Assembly (NCBI GenBank): GCA_040954595.2
Contig: CM082586.2
Span: forward strand, 2,981,124-3,045,123
Direction: 5' to 3'
Source of the DNA: Balanoglossus misakiensis
Lineage: Eukaryota; Animalia; Hemichordata
DNA: 64,000 nucleotides
Of the stretch, positions 23,787-52,125 are shown in pieces; the first letter of the stretch is position 1; each line of letters starts with the position of its first letter. Position numbers and translations under genes: made by a program. The notes beneath the pieces were generated by a model that did no database searches, was not told the DNA's origin, and saw only the letters and a program-made list of their open reading frames with translations.

Positions 23787-26700
23787 TTAGGCTTTTGGAA
23801 ACTTCTTGACGTATTCCAGACGGGATGGGTGCTCATCGTTTGGACGGCAGTGAGGAGTCCACACTGGCTCTCCGACGAACATGCGTTTGGCCTTGATGTA
23901 ATCCTGCAATTGGAAGTTTATATACACTCATGTAAATATGTATACCACGCAAAATGACCTGCTGGCTGTGACTCTGTTTTGTGCAGAAATGTCTTAAAAT
24001 GACAAGCTGATTAGCTGGATCTTCTTTGAATTATAAATGTGACTAAAATTTTCATAGTAGAGAATATATTCTTTACACAATTTCCAATGATTGCTGACAG
24101 GTTTTCATTGTTCGTTTCATTGTGGACGACACAAAACAGTACAGATGATATGTGCAATTTTCGCCACACCCATGCATGCCTCACAAGTTACTTTTAATTA
24201 CCCGGTACATCAAACATTGACATACCTTGGTATCCAAAGTGAATCTATGATAGATCCCCGCTGGCAAAATAATCATGTCTCCCTTGGCGACCTCGATGCG
24301 GATCCATTTGTCACTTCTGCTGCGGATATCAAAATATCCACTGCCGTCTGTGATGAATCGGATCTCTTCATCAGCATGCAAATGTTCTGTGAAGAACCGC
24401 TTCAGCTGTAAAACAAAATTTAAAAAATGATTGACTGATCGTCAAAAATCGTTTTGTGAAGTCATCAACTGACAAAAACATTGTTCAGATGAACGCATCT
24501 GCCTGCAGCTCAAAGATGACACAGCTGACGTTTCGCAAAATGTCTATTAGTGAATGGAAGCGCTTGATTAACTAAAGTTAGCTAGTTAATAAGAAGCTGC
24601 AAGTATAGACACCTGTCTACTTTGCACAATTTCCTGATCGAGTCACCTTTCATCAGTGTCTTTGGAAATTGCATTATTTAATACCTTCTTTTATCTTTAT
24701 AAAGACAGTTCCTCAGATATTTATTATTGGAACAGACGTCGGCCTGAAGGGTCAGCATGTTTGATTATTCTCAGAGGAAATCTAATTTTCTGTTTTTAAC
24801 ATCTTCTTTCAACTGCAAATTTTTTATATTCCTCAAGCTGTCAAATTCATTTTTTTATCATTTATGGTTTCCGCTACACTGCATGCAATGTCAAGAAGAT
24901 ACTGCGTTCCTCAGCAGACAGCACAAAATGACTGGAAATGTTCAGGTGACAATTATTTTGTCGTTTACATCTGGGACATGAGTCACTCACAAGCCAGAGG
25001 GGAAATAGTCTCTATGCTCCTTTTATGACCATCTGTGTAAATGAACGGTTTATTGAGAAGATAGGCTGAACATTCTTACCGTGTTATCGTAATCAGGTAG
25101 TTTCTCTGGAGTGCATGTGATCTCATCCTCATAAGTATAACCGCGATCACTTCGGATCTTATCTAGAGTGCCTTCCTCCTTCCAATTGTCAGCATCAAGC
25201 TGGAATAAAAAAAATAATAGTTTTCGTATTTTGTCTAGTCAACGGAGTATAAAAACAATAGTTTTCATATTTTGTCTGGTCAACTGAGAATAAAAACAAG
25301 TTTAGAAATATTTTGTCTGGTGAACTATAGTGTTTGTATTTTTCTAGTCAACTGAGAATGTAGTTTTCTCAACAACTGAATTTTTTAGTTAACCAAATAT
25401 AACTAGGCTAAATTTTTAGTTCTTTTAATATCATCAAATGCCCATAATCCATATCTGTACACGTGTTGGTGCCGTCTGGATGCGGCTATATTGATTTTTA
25501 TATTGGACCCCACTGATGCGGGTCTATCGATCTCCATAATAAAGAAATGGCCGAAAATAATTATCCTCATGTAGGCTGACGATTTGCATATGAATAGTGG
25601 TAAATAATGTTGAGTTATGGGGATTTTAAATCCACGTTTCGATTTCGATTTCGAAATTTTTGAAAGTAAAATCGTGAAAATCCGTTTCTATGGCAACCAA
25701 TGCGTCCATTGCGGCAGCTGTTATACGTCTAGCCTTGGCCTCTATCTCTAAGGACTACTTGTTTGCTACGTGACGTTTGTGACCTAACAGTTTTGCATGT
25801 CTGATAAATTCGATAGACCATGGTGTAGTGACCTCTTGAAGGTCATGAAATTGAAAGCACAGGAAGTCATGTCAGAGAGTTGTTTAAGGTCGAAGGTCGT
25901 AAAAAAGACGAACCACGCCAGTGTTTGGATAACCTTTCCAGAAGCTTCACTACAGAGCTTTGTGTGTTTGAAGAAAAAATGAATTCAACCAATCACTTTT
26001 ATTCTGGAAAAAAGTAACTTTTTTTCACATATCCTCTGATCCCCCCCCCCCCAACCCCCTCGTTTTTCCTGATCGCTGCCTAAATGCACATTCGAGTGTA
26101 TCATGTGGCATACTGGGCTCACGTGTGGACGGACCTATTGTCTGAGGTCACATAGACTGCATGTTCCCGCCGCCATTAATCCATCCACAAGACTATGTTT
26201 GTGAACACACATTTAAGCTACTTTATTGGCGATTCAATATTTATTCTATTACAAATAAATTTGCGCGTTTATAATATAGCTGAAGGATTGATATAAACAG
26301 ACTGTAAAGAACAACCAATAGTTTAATAGTCAATCTATTCAGTGTCGTACGTGCAGTGAAAAAAATAACACGTGCGCAGTCCGTTGTATGAGTGCCCTTG
26401 TGTCGATTTTCGTGTTTATTGCAACTTCAAAACTTTGTTGCAACTACATGTAAATTTCTTTCATAGTACAAACTTTGTTGCACTGAAACGTTTGTTCTCT
26501 GAAATGGACACGCCGATTGTAGCGTTCGGCGAATTTCCGGCGTTTTGCGACATGTGCGGGGTACATGTACATGTCTATACTCACTGGGGAAAATGTCAGT
26601 TAAAAATCACAAATATGAGCGGAGTTAATGAGTAAAAAACATCGACACACTCGTGGGCTAGTATTTCAAAACGCTGGCAGCGTCCCTCGTGGTGATGCGA

Positions 26701-26935
26701 CACACGTGTTATATACAACTGCGTAGTCCACAAACGCCCTTGACCCGACCGGCCAAGTTCACCCCAACCTGGTTTATGTTGATATACTTAGCAACCTGTA
26801 TACGTATATACTAACCTTCCAGTACAGTACCCCTTGTTCCTTCAAGTAATCCAGATCCACAAACTGAGGCGGTTCGGTCATGTGTTCCAAACGCTGATCA
26901 GCGTCGGAGTCATCCATGTACCACGCTCGCACCAT
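23787..26935 (-). CDS. ADI1: Acireductone dioxygenase (methionine salvage), 178 aa
   Basis: Exons 26935-26816, 25199-25080, 24405-24226, 23903-23787. Motifs [47 protein letters not shown]. Confidence 0.97.
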
Positions 26936-28473
26936 TTTCGTAGCAGGATTCGCAGGGCAGAGAGACGATGTCCTCAACACTGTAGCTAACACCAGACTGA
27001 CACTGTTTCTCTATCAACTCTGCATATGAATCGAGGCAAGCATGCGCATTTGATACGTGGAGGTCATTCCCCGTTAAGTAGGTGGATTTCACACACGAGC
27101 GACAAAGAGGGCTCCCTTTCTACTCATAACACACATTTTGCCGCAAAAACTAAGGGAGCTTGATAAAAATCTGTGACATAGAATCCCAAGATTTCGGAGA
27201 AGTTTTATGCGATATAAATTATCGACAATTAACCCACGATGAAAAATATATAACGTGAGGAAATCATCAGGCATGATGAAGTAAAACCCTGCCACCATAC
27301 CTGAACATTTCAGCCACGTGGTAGTGTTGTGCAATAAATCTGTGACGTCATAAGTACATGCTCAATGTGATTGGCTAATGCGGGATCAAGGAAGCTGTGG
27401 GCTATAGCCTGAGCACTGACACAAATCAATGTCAGCAAAGTTGCAGGCATCATTAACAGCCGAAGCACGGAACCAGATTCTCGATTTGAATTGTCTGAAA
27501 AAGAACGTGAAAATCTGTACAGACGAGGGCCGCGGATAGTTACGTAACACAGTGGGAATATTAGACACTGATGCGCCCTCTACTGTTAAGAAAATGCACC
27601 ATGTGGCGACCTCTCGCCGTTTCACTCGGCCATTGCGGGCACACATTCAATCACACGATAATACGAATATGTGCGCGATAATCGAAAGAAGAACTTACAC
27701 AGCTGATGATTATCTACTAACCTCCTATAAATATGAATCCATAACTAATTAAACACGTTGCAATTAAGTCACTAGTATTCATGACCTCTGAACTATCGTT
27801 TTGAAAAAAGTAGTCCAATAGCATTGCGATCATTGCGCCCTGTGCATTGACGCTGGAATCACTTGCAAAAAGAGTAAACAGGCTGCTTGTCCCCTGCATG
27901 CTGCAGTGCTGTACTGAAACACGTTACAGTTTTGAAAAAACTACGCTTTGTTCATGTTTAAATGATCGCAAAATACGCCCAAGTAATCCAGATTATGAGG
28001 TCAACAACTTTTGTTGGGTCAGTGTTGAAAACATAGGAGCCAAAAGAATATCATACACCAACCCACCTCTACTCCCACCCCTACACACACCACATGTATC
28101 GTTGTCTGTGTCTACTTGTTTATACTGAAGACTCTTAATAGTAACATGCTATGTGTCGACTTGTTATGGTCGAAATGAAATTGTTACATGAGCAATCATT
28201 TATGGGGAAATGGGAGGATGTGTCTGAAAACATCAAACACAGTACTCAACCTGCATCAAGAAATGCATACGAGGATGACAATTCAATGGTCGAAGTCTAA
28301 CATGAAATATTGACACCAGATAACTTTAATCTGTCCAGTTTGTTTATTTTGTGATTTTAAATAATTACATCTATTAAAATTTGTTTATAAAATCTAAAAT
28401 AAATAATTTCACAACTTCAAGTTTTCTTATTAAAATATCTATCAAGTACAAATAAAACAGTCACTAATTCAAA

Positions 28474-32298
<3,825 letters not shown>

Positions 32299-33342
32299 GG
32301 TGATGGTCAGCCAACAGTCGTCAACTTTTGTATACAGGTGTTGTTTTCCAGTCAAATAATGTTTGTTAGAAATAATTAATCCACCAGCCCAGTTCTTTTC
32401 TTCAAAGTGTTCTCTTGATTTTCAGTAATGTATTTTTCCAAGTTACTATACCAACAGTATAATTACCTGACAGGTTTACAGCCAATGTTCGTTGACCCAC
32501 GGCCCCAAGGTGAGTTCATATACCAGTACAGTACCGGTATATTGAGTCCGGCTCAGTGTTATAGTGACATAAGGCTCACCTTGCTTCAACAGTTACTCCA
32601 TGCCACACTGAGCGGTTACCCGCCCACCCCGCAATCGACATGTTTCATCATTGTGGTGCAATCTATCTGTGAACATTGACCCCAATTTTTTGCCGTAAAG
32701 AGGACCATTCATGGTTTACGACGATACCACTGGACCGCACCATTATCTTGTAGAGGTGAGGAGCGAGGGGTCACATCACAGCAGTGAAGAGACCCTGGTT
32801 TCATTAATTTGCTTGTGATCATTTTTTTCACTTGGAGAAATTTGAACCTTTCTAAAGATTTTATGAAGTTAAGTTCAAATCTCCACAAGCCATCCTTGAG
32901 ATATCAATAACACAGACAGGCAAACACACACAAGGTCGATCAAGACACATACTCTAGAGAAATGGGCATGCAGTCAAACATCGGTGGATTCGGGCAACAA
33001 TAATTTATTGCATTATTATTTACAATAATACAACAAATTTTTATATTGCTTTCTAAAATGTAATATATAATAAAAAAATTACATAAACAATATTTTATGT
33101 TACCCACTCTTGAGTACTCGAACAAGTTGATACTTTATACACGTATCCTTGACAACTAGTTTCTATCACTTTAGCATGTTATGTCAACCATCACAGTGGA
33201 GCTGTATAAGTTTCTATCCCTCAAAGAAGGGGTATAATACCAAATGGATTAGTAAAGGCTTATTGCTTATTTAAGTTACAAGATAAAACATCTCTTACAA
33301 TATTTTTTGTGTGATGGCAAATGCAAAGTGCTATGAGTAAGA

Positions 33343-36300
33343 TTACGTGTACGACAGGGGAATTCTTTCATCTTTATCACAGTTGTCGATTGTCACTATT
33401 TCCTTCCGTCTTGGAACTCTCCTCCTGAAGGGGTAAAACAAAAAAGACAAACTTACTCTTGCATTGGGCAGTTGAATAAAGTGGTGCCATACCCATTTAT
33501 TATCAACTTGTTCATATTTAAATGTAAAATCATGAAAATAATTCAAAAATTGGCAACTATTGGGGGTTTAACAATTTAACATAATTCCTTACCCTTTTCC
33601 ACACTGGTATTCCCACAGACAGAATAGAATAAGTAACAGTGCAACCAACAGGTAAAGTGTAGAAATCACAGTGACACCCCAGTTGAAACCGATCACTTGA
33701 GAAAGGGCTCCACCCGCAGTTGGTCCTATAAAGCTCCTGGAAGTAGAGAGAAAAAAATGTTTTAAGAAAACACAAAGTTGATGAAGAATCAGACGCAACT
33801 ACCGCCACTATTAATAAAAATTATACATGACAAAAATGACTTTCCCCAACAACCGAACACAAAGTAAGCACATAAGTATGTTTTTTGTAAAAAAATCAGC
33901 CAAACTGAACTTGGCCTTTGAACTCACCCAAGTGAATAAAAGCCACTGTACACACCAGATACCACACCATGGGTACTCATATCATCTGGCATTCCATACC
34001 ATCTGGAGAAAAACAACAGGTAAACAAATGTCAACAAGAAAAAAACACCACATTGTTGGACAGACACTATATTTTATAGCAATATCAACCACTACCGGGT
34101 GTAACCTTACCTTGCAGATATAAACATATCACTGAACGTTGGGACAAAGGAGCAACCGACGGATATACCGAGGAGAATCATTGACAAAATCAGTAACCAG
34201 AGTTCACTGGTGAGAAAAAAAATGACAAAAGCATTAAGACCTGGAATGGGCATCGAATATATTTGGTTATAGCGTCATGTGACAGGTACCTCATCAATTG
34301 TTATTTTCAGCATCTGGTGTACTTAACATTTAAATGACTTGTACTCAGGATTCTGTTGTGAAGTTGTGAGTTCCCATACCTCTTTGTCTGCAACAAGGGT
34401 GATGGTCCTAAATACAGGTATGCCCCAGCCGCACCGATATTACCAACTATCATCAACAACTTGGCGATATTCTGGGAAAAAAAATTACCAGTAGTTTTTC
34501 TTTCATTCGTAATCTATACACAGAAACAGGTTGATAAAACTGTAGGGCTGTCTTCAAGTTTAGTCTGAGCCGAGGGTTATGATCGTACACAGTGCCTTCC
34601 TTGACCTTGTCCACCCTATTGTGGGTACAAAGCAGCCATGTTTGTCCAAATGCAGCAGCACCTTACGGTCGTTCAGACGTCAGGGACAGATTTTTACAAA
34701 AATTATAATACTACTCCAAACTTTCCAATTCTTTGCTTTGAGGAAAAATTGTGAGAGAAAGTTCAAGACTTTGATTTTGGAAGTGACTGTGCTTCGCATA
34801 CAACACTGACAATATGTAAGCAAATTAGAAGTATTTAGATGTACAATGGAGAAAAAGAAATAACTTACCAGTTTATCTGACATGTAACCCCAGACACAAG
34901 ACGATGATGCATATGATACAGAAAGTATGAAATATATCCACCCTACTCCTGTTACATCGACATGGAACTGTTCCTTAAGGTGTTTTGTGAAACTCGGCAT
35001 GAGGTAACCGAGTGCCATGGCACCAACCACGGTGCACAGAGCTGTCATGAGTACCGAGGGAATCGCAAGCAGCTGCAGAACAGACCCCGATTTCGGTCTA
35101 GAGCCATCTGGCAAACAAAGGAAATTATTTGCTCAGGTTATTCACTGATAAATTTGAAAAATAAAAATGTGACGTTCACAAATGTATTATGAGGATTGAA
35201 AGTGCCCTGGCTCATTTGCCAAGACATGTGGTGTAAATATAATGGATGTAGGATAGGGAGAACTTCACACCTTAAAATCTGAGCAAATCATGCATCTTAC
35301 TTACCTCCTTGTCTTGGTAGAATACATAAGTTCAACAACACTACTAACACTGCAAGCCCTCCCAGCACTGCAAATGGCATGGTGTAGCCCCCAACCTAAA
35401 ATACACGTGATATAAAATAGATCACACCATTAGAGGACCACCATAGACTACTTTGCACATGCAGGTACATTCAATTATAAGATTTCTCAGGGTATATAGA
35501 TATATTTTCCATAGAAAACAATGGACTTGGACCAATTCATAGACGTGAAAGGGTTAACACTAACCTTATACAGGTATGCACCAAATGGCGGTCCAATCAT
35601 ATAACCCAGGCCAATAAAAACCTCAAGTATTCCCTTTAAAAAAGCAAGACCTAATTATATTTCTGTATGAAACTCTGACTGAAAAGTCAAGATAATTATT
35701 CAACATCTACATTGGCTGGCCTCTAATATAAAGCAGAACACAGAATAAATGGGTTAGTTACCTTACTGAAGTTGGTTTTGTAACGTTCTTGTAAGATGTG
35801 CAGAAAGTTTGTTACATAACATCAAATGACCTGTTAGCATGTCAATAGACTTGAGAGCCTCCAAAGAGAGTTTAATTGAAGACCCAAGACTAAGCGCCGC
35901 CACCTGTTGTATTAAAAAGTGTTGCAAAGTGAAGCCTTATTGAAGGAACATAGGGTGTTAGCCTGAAATGCATAGGTGCAAATCAGAAAATGTACTGAAT
36001 AGTAGTTCACTGGAGTAAACAAATCAGTTGAAACATGTTTGAACCCAACTATAGACATCACTAGCTCACTTTTAGCGGCTATTATCTACACATTACATAC
36101 AGTACAAAAAAAACTGACTTACAAATACAGTTGATAGGTGACCAGGAAATGTTTGAGCCACAATCGTAAAAGATGCAGTTGATGAAGCTGCTGCTCCCGC
36201 AGCCGCAAGGGATCGTAACACAAAACAAAAGATGATGAACTCCATTGAGTTGTTCAGTTTGTCAAGGAACCTGCGAAAACGTAAAAATACTTTTTAAGAA

Positions 36301-37228
36301 TAAAATAGAGTCTTAATACAATAAAATACCCACATGAACTTCACAAGCCACCATACAACCACAGTGTATGGCAACTTCCTCAGTCATGTGGACCTATAAA
36401 AACTGCACAATTTTTCATTTGTTTTTTGAGAGAGATTTGTATATAGGGGTTGCAAGTGGTGCGATATACTCACCCAAATAGTATCATACAGCCACCGCAC
36501 ACAAAAGAACCAGTCAAAAACAGACGCTTTGCACCAATGAACGGAAGCTGAAATGAGTTAAAAATAATTGCTGAACAAATTTGAAGACACAACAACTGTA
36601 GTACATTGTACTTTCACGAATAAATGTACGCCTGTAAATTTGTAAATTTGCGTAAATCAGAGTGCACTGTTATGTATCGATCACAGAAGTGTTAAATACT
36701 TACAAGTTTACCAAATATTGGTGATGTTATAAACATAACCAGGGAAAAGCAACCAAAGATTAGACCAACTACAGTATCAGAGGCGCCCATCATATTGGCC
36801 TGAGTACGTCAATAAAAAAAACACATATGGATAAAAAATACATTATTGACAAATAATATGCATGCATATATAATTGTTCTGCCACACTAATATTTTCTAT
36901 TGTGTCAACAAATCAAGCTTATTTGATGAACAGAATGATTCTGATGGAAAAAATCATGACAACTTTCTGAACAGAATCAGTCATTTTTCTAATTCACTTA
37001 CAACTTTTAAGGAGTGAATTAAGGCTGCATGTTCTTAGTTACCTCAGTTGGGAAAAAAGGTGCAAGAATGCTGAAACTTGTTGTATCTGCAAGATTTGCT
37101 AAAGCAATACTCCCAAGAGTAAGCTTCTGTCTCCTGGTGAATCCTTTACTTTTCCCCAAGTCTTCTGACTTTTGAATGCTTCCATTAAGTTGATTAACTT
37201 TCTCTTGATTCAGTCTCTGCTTTTCCAT
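33343..37228 (-). CDS. SLC18B1: MFS transporter, SLC18B1-like (copy 2), tandem paralog
   Basis: FTRRQKLTL...FSILAPFFPTE. Exon series parallel to copy 1, SFIGPTAGGAL, ends DERIPLSYT*. Confidence 0.88.
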
Positions 37229-37997
37229 GTTGATATAAAGCTAGCCTTGTGTTTTCAGTTCTGCAGAACTATTTTCTTCCTTTCTTCCGCCTCTGTTGAC
37301 ATTAAAGAGCTGTAGATTTTGCAAGAATGTTATGTCTTGCGAGAGTTAGGAGCCAGCTAGCATAGAACATCAGGCAGTCTATGACTTTCAGTTTCATATA
37401 TGAACAAAGTATGTACAGTATAACTTTATCCCACCTTGTCTACAAGATCATGAAGATTGTAGTTTCATCACGGTTTCCTTTTTCATGACATGAAAACACC
37501 ACCTTCGTTATGGAGCCATAATTGCACCAGTGAGCACAGACCAAGTCACTTACATAAGTTACACGAGTTATTAGACCTGCCTCTAGGGATTGAGATTTGA
37601 CCTCATTTGACCTAAATTGGAGCACCCTCTAGCGGCCGTCAGGGCAAGTCATTGTCATTGTCAATAACACAGTCCCCGCTGCCAGGTAGGTACGCAATGC
37701 AAGTCCCGACTTAATTTTATAGTTTCCTTGGTGATCGTGATCCTCGATGTTATTTGTCGATGTTGTAAATACACTATACTATCGATAAAAGATAAACTAT
37801 AGATCGTATGGTCGCCCAGCGTCACTAACAACAAACAAAACAGCTCCCAGTGAAACCTTTATTTCAAGATCACTGGGAGTTGTCTCAAAAATACACAACA
37901 GCATTTAAGTATCTTGTTGAAAAACCTCTTTTATTTGTCACACTGTAAAATGACAGTTCAGCAGAGAAAGATGGTATAATTTACAATAAATGCGTTT

Positions 37998-38996
<999 letters not shown>

Positions 38997-39145
38997 TTTT
39001 GCGGTTGTTCTGGGCCACGTAAGAACCTGCGAAGAACACAATCGATATTCAGATGTTTAATGTGCTTTATAATACCATAATCATATCGAACAGTGCTGAG
39101 AGAGATGAGAAAATGAGACAAAACTTAAAGAAGGCAAACACTCAC

Positions 39146-39178
39146 AAGCTGTCTGACCACGTTCAGAGAGAAAAGACC
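39146..39178 (-). promoter_or_regulatory. RPL30 TCT/5'TOP initiator and short non-coding first exon
   Basis: Minus strand reads tcttttctctct (39176-39165), followed by a gtgag donor at 39145. The matching acceptor is at 39027. Confidence 0.7.
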
Positions 39179-39398
39179 GAACTTTCCCGGATGTACAATA
39201 GTTCTCGTTCAGATATCGCGTTGTCTGAAACAGACAAATGAAAACAAGGCAAAGTAAAGTCTCCTATCACCTTCTATAGAGGGAGGTTAATAAATGTATT
39301 CATTTATTTTACATTCTTTCCTAACAAAACCACATTTTCTTGTAATAAAATTGTGTAAATTCTGTCTCAATATTTAAATCACGTTGCACCACGAGATC

Positions 39399-39438
39399 AT
39401 GCAAATTAGCCGGAGAAATACCAATTTCAAAATGGCGG
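39399..39438 (+). promoter_or_regulatory. Octamer (ATGCAAAT) and YY1 (AAAATGGCGG) motifs in the RPL30/WDR35 bidirectional promoter
   Basis: atgcaaat at 39399-39406 and caaaatggcgg at 39428-39438, within the roughly 350-bp gap between the divergent genes. Confidence 0.45.
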
Positions 39439-39525
39439 AGCTGCATCAGTGAGACAGGCTCGGCGATGAATGACTTGATGGTTTACTAACGTCTCATTTG
39501 GAACATCGAATTTAAAGATACGAAA

Positions 39526-48418
<8,893 letters not shown>

Positions 48419-50013
48419 ATACCCCCCAACTGCACCTCAACCAGTCTTGCACCTATGTACCCTCCCCTTTTGTTCTGGGCGCACCTGGTTCAACAGCTGA
48501 TTGGCTGTGGAAAAGCCAATGATAGGACTATGCATGAGTAATGATGAACCAGGTGTGTTTTGGTCAGAGTTGACGCAAAACTTTAGGTTGTTGTGAAACG
48601 GCAAGTTTTGGTCAGCTCTGACACAACCTATGCCACCCTACAATGCTGTCAATATTTTCAGTGCTGTGGTTGCAATATTCATGAACACGGCATGCACCTG
48701 GTTGAACTGATTATCAGCATCCAATCCTCAGCTTGCAGTGTACCTGGAAATCATCACCACAGTCACAATTTACACCTTGAGTGAATTCAAACCTTAATCC
48801 AACCCTTAAAAAAACCAAATACACACATTGCAAATCCATATTCCCGGCATATGCAAAGTGGGTGATACCACATCCCAAGCAAATCTGCATCTGTGTGAAA
48901 GGCACACAAGATGCACTCGTGCTAATAATAAACCAGTGCCCTGTATTCCATTCTATAGACATGTAGAGATGTGTGTGCAACAAGCCCGTCCAGTAACTGG
49001 TTATATTGCCCATATCACAGTGCATCCCACGTTACACAACAGCAAGACTCGGAAGGTTGATGTGTACATAAGTTCTGCTTAGATGCAGTTTGATACATGA
49101 ACAATTTTTCTCATTTACAGGAAAACTAAACCAACAGCTATAAATGCATTGTCTGTAAATTCTGCGATATAGAATGTGCAACTTTTTTGATATATGTAAA
49201 TATGCCCTGATGGTGTGCCCTAGTGTATTCTTTAGTGTTAAGATTTGTGTATTTTATGGAAATGAATCTTTACAGTAACTTAGGATTGGAACTTCAGAAT
49301 GGTCTTCATTTAACCATCGCTTATGTGCTGTTAAGCTAAAGCATATGTAACTTTGATATTGAATAAATATTACTGAAACAAAATAGAACTGACTGAAAGT
49401 TGCCTTGTCCCTTCTGTATCATGTTCTTTGCAAGGAAACCTTTGTTTTTCTTTTTTGTAGATTTTTTAGTACTTTGAGAAGCATTGATTCCTGAAAGACA
49501 GGAATTCCTTTGCCTATTTACAGTTGATCAAACGTGTTTTATGCTTCTTTAGTTCAAAGGTCATCTGTTTCTAAGCAACATGTGACCAGCAACTGATTCC
49601 AGGCTGATACATACATGTTTGATCTACTAATACATTAATAGGTTGACCCAATTTACTGTCCTCAAATGACTCGAGTTACTTCCAGGTTACAACCAATAAC
49701 CATAAGTTTGAATCCTCGTGGGCCATATATACAACAAGACCTTTTTGTTAATTATAGCAGTATATAAAATTCACAAATATTTCCCAGTATACGCACAAGT
49801 GCAATGTACATGTACTACGTCACTACGAAATAGACAATCTGCATTACGTGACGCCCTCAACGGTCACCGGAAGACGAGATTTGTAAAGGATACTTCATCC
49901 AAGTGCGTGGAGAGGTCATCGTGGGTTACGTAAATGCGACACATAACATAGCGATATCAGGATGGGTTTAAAACTCACCGACTTTACATGATCAGCGCCT
50001 CTGATAGCAGATC

Positions 50014-52125
50014 ATGATGACAAACCAGGCGCATAAAGAGTTTGTGTCGCTATTCAGCCACATACGATATGAGAACTTGGTCGCTGGCATCGCTGGTGGT
50101 GTCATCTCGACACTGGCCTTGCACCCTTTGGACCTGGTGAAAGTTCGACTCGCAGGTAAGACAGAGAGTGATTCTTGAGTTTGGCAAGAGACATCCACGA
50201 TGAAGCTAATCACCTCCTACTTCTTGGTTATCACATTCGTCGAAACATGCCCTCAGGTTCTAAAGGATCAAAGAGCGTTTGATCAGTGACCATGAACGCC
50301 CCCCCCCCCCGCCCCCCACCCTTGCACCCTTAAACGTCACGATCTGAATATTGATAATTTTACTTTTCAGTGAGCGATGGCTTGCAGTCCAGACCGAAAT
50401 ACACTGGCATGATACATGCCTTCCGATCTATCGTGAGGGAGACCGGATTCTTAAGCCTTTATCAGGGAGCTTCTCCCAATGTCTTGGGTGCTGGTGCATC
50501 ATGGGGGTTTTATTTTCTGTTGTAAGTATCATGTTATTGTGTTTAACCTGTGTTGTGTTCAAATATGTATATTGTACAGTGTTGTTGTGTATTAACTTGT
50601 TTGCGACATTGATTGTGAAGTTGCATGTATCCTAATTTGCTATAGCATACAATAGAAGTGATATAACACTCTAAAATATATAGCTAACCCTGCTACAGCA
50701 TGGCTGAAATGCAACATCTTCAGTGCTGCTGAAAACAATGCAGGAATTAGCAATAGGTATCAAACGTGATATTGACCATCATTAAATTTACATGTATTTG
50801 CCTCTGTCTCCATAGTTACGGTGCAATAAAAACATACATGCAGGATGGTAGACATGAGCCACTGGGACCAGGCAGACATATTTTGGCGGCAGCTACATCA
50901 GGTGAGAGAGATCGACACTGTATTTCACAAAATATGAACACCCAGAGAGAAAGAGAAAGAAAGACAGATAGTTAGACTTACAGACAGACAGACAGACAGA
51001 CGGGAAGGGAATGTGCATGTATGCTTTGAGTTCTAACAAGATTCTTTGTTTTATGTTGACAGGTGTGATAACTCTTCTGCTCACCAATCCAATCTGGGTT
51101 GTGAAAACAAGACTGATCCTACAGTATGAAGGCCTCCGGACAAATACTGGCGGCGGAGATATCAAAGCGAAACCTAAACATTACAAGGGACTAACAGATG
51201 CTTTTGTCAAAATATACAGATTCGAGGGTATTCCAGGTTTGTATAAGGTCAGTATGGTTAGTCAGGGTGTACTTCCCCAGTGCATCATAATAACTGTGCA
51301 TACAATGTACAAATGTTTCTATACTATAAATCCATACTGTGCCTCATCACATTGTACCATATCATACCACACCAAATTATTCTGCACCACACCACATCAT
51401 ACTGCATCACACTACACCTATGTAGCTGAAAACTACACTGACCTTGATTCATAAATTCTTTTCATCGTCTTTACCTGCAGGGTCTCATACCTGGCCTCTT
51501 CGGGGTCTCCCATGGTGCATTGCAGTTCATGGCGTATGAAGAACTGAAGAAACTTTATAACGGTTACTATGAGCAACCAAACGATACACTGTTGGTAAGG
51601 AAATCTAACGTTCACATCTGCAATATTCTAAGCCACCTGAAACTAATCAAAATAGTCAACCTGAGTTTATGTCAGTAGAATTGATCATTTGATCACATGA
51701 AGTCTCTTAAATAACAATATTTGCGTTGGTTCTCTCTTCAGGGCGCTGAAGCTTACATCACATTTGCGGCACTGTCAAAATTATTTGCAGTCAGCGTGAC
51801 GTATCCATACCAGGTAGTCCGATCTCGACTACAAGATCAGCACAGACATTACAAAGGTGTTGTGGACTGTGTGAAGAGAACGTGGAAGTAAGTACAGGCT
51901 AAAGGTAACAACTTGTGAGGTATTCAACATCAGAGTCATTTTTCTCATCAACAACTGACTGACCTATTTCTTCACATTTTTCTCCGACACAGGTCCGAAC
52001 ACGCCAGGGGTTTCTACAAAGGTCTCGTTCCAAACTTGATACGGGTTACTCCAGCGACGTGCATAACATTCGTTGTCTACGAGAAGATAAAATATATGAT
52101 GATGCCACCAAAACTGCCCTCGTGA
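50014..52125 (+). CDS. SLC25A32: Mitochondrial folate/FAD carrier
   Basis: [10 protein letters not shown]...[11 protein letters not shown]|VSDG...[69 protein letters not shown]. Confidence 0.96.

Noticed and set aside
25205-25360. Degenerate repeats of about 40 bp (attttgtctagtcaac) in an ADI1 intron
   Set aside because: Short decayed local duplication with no sign of function.
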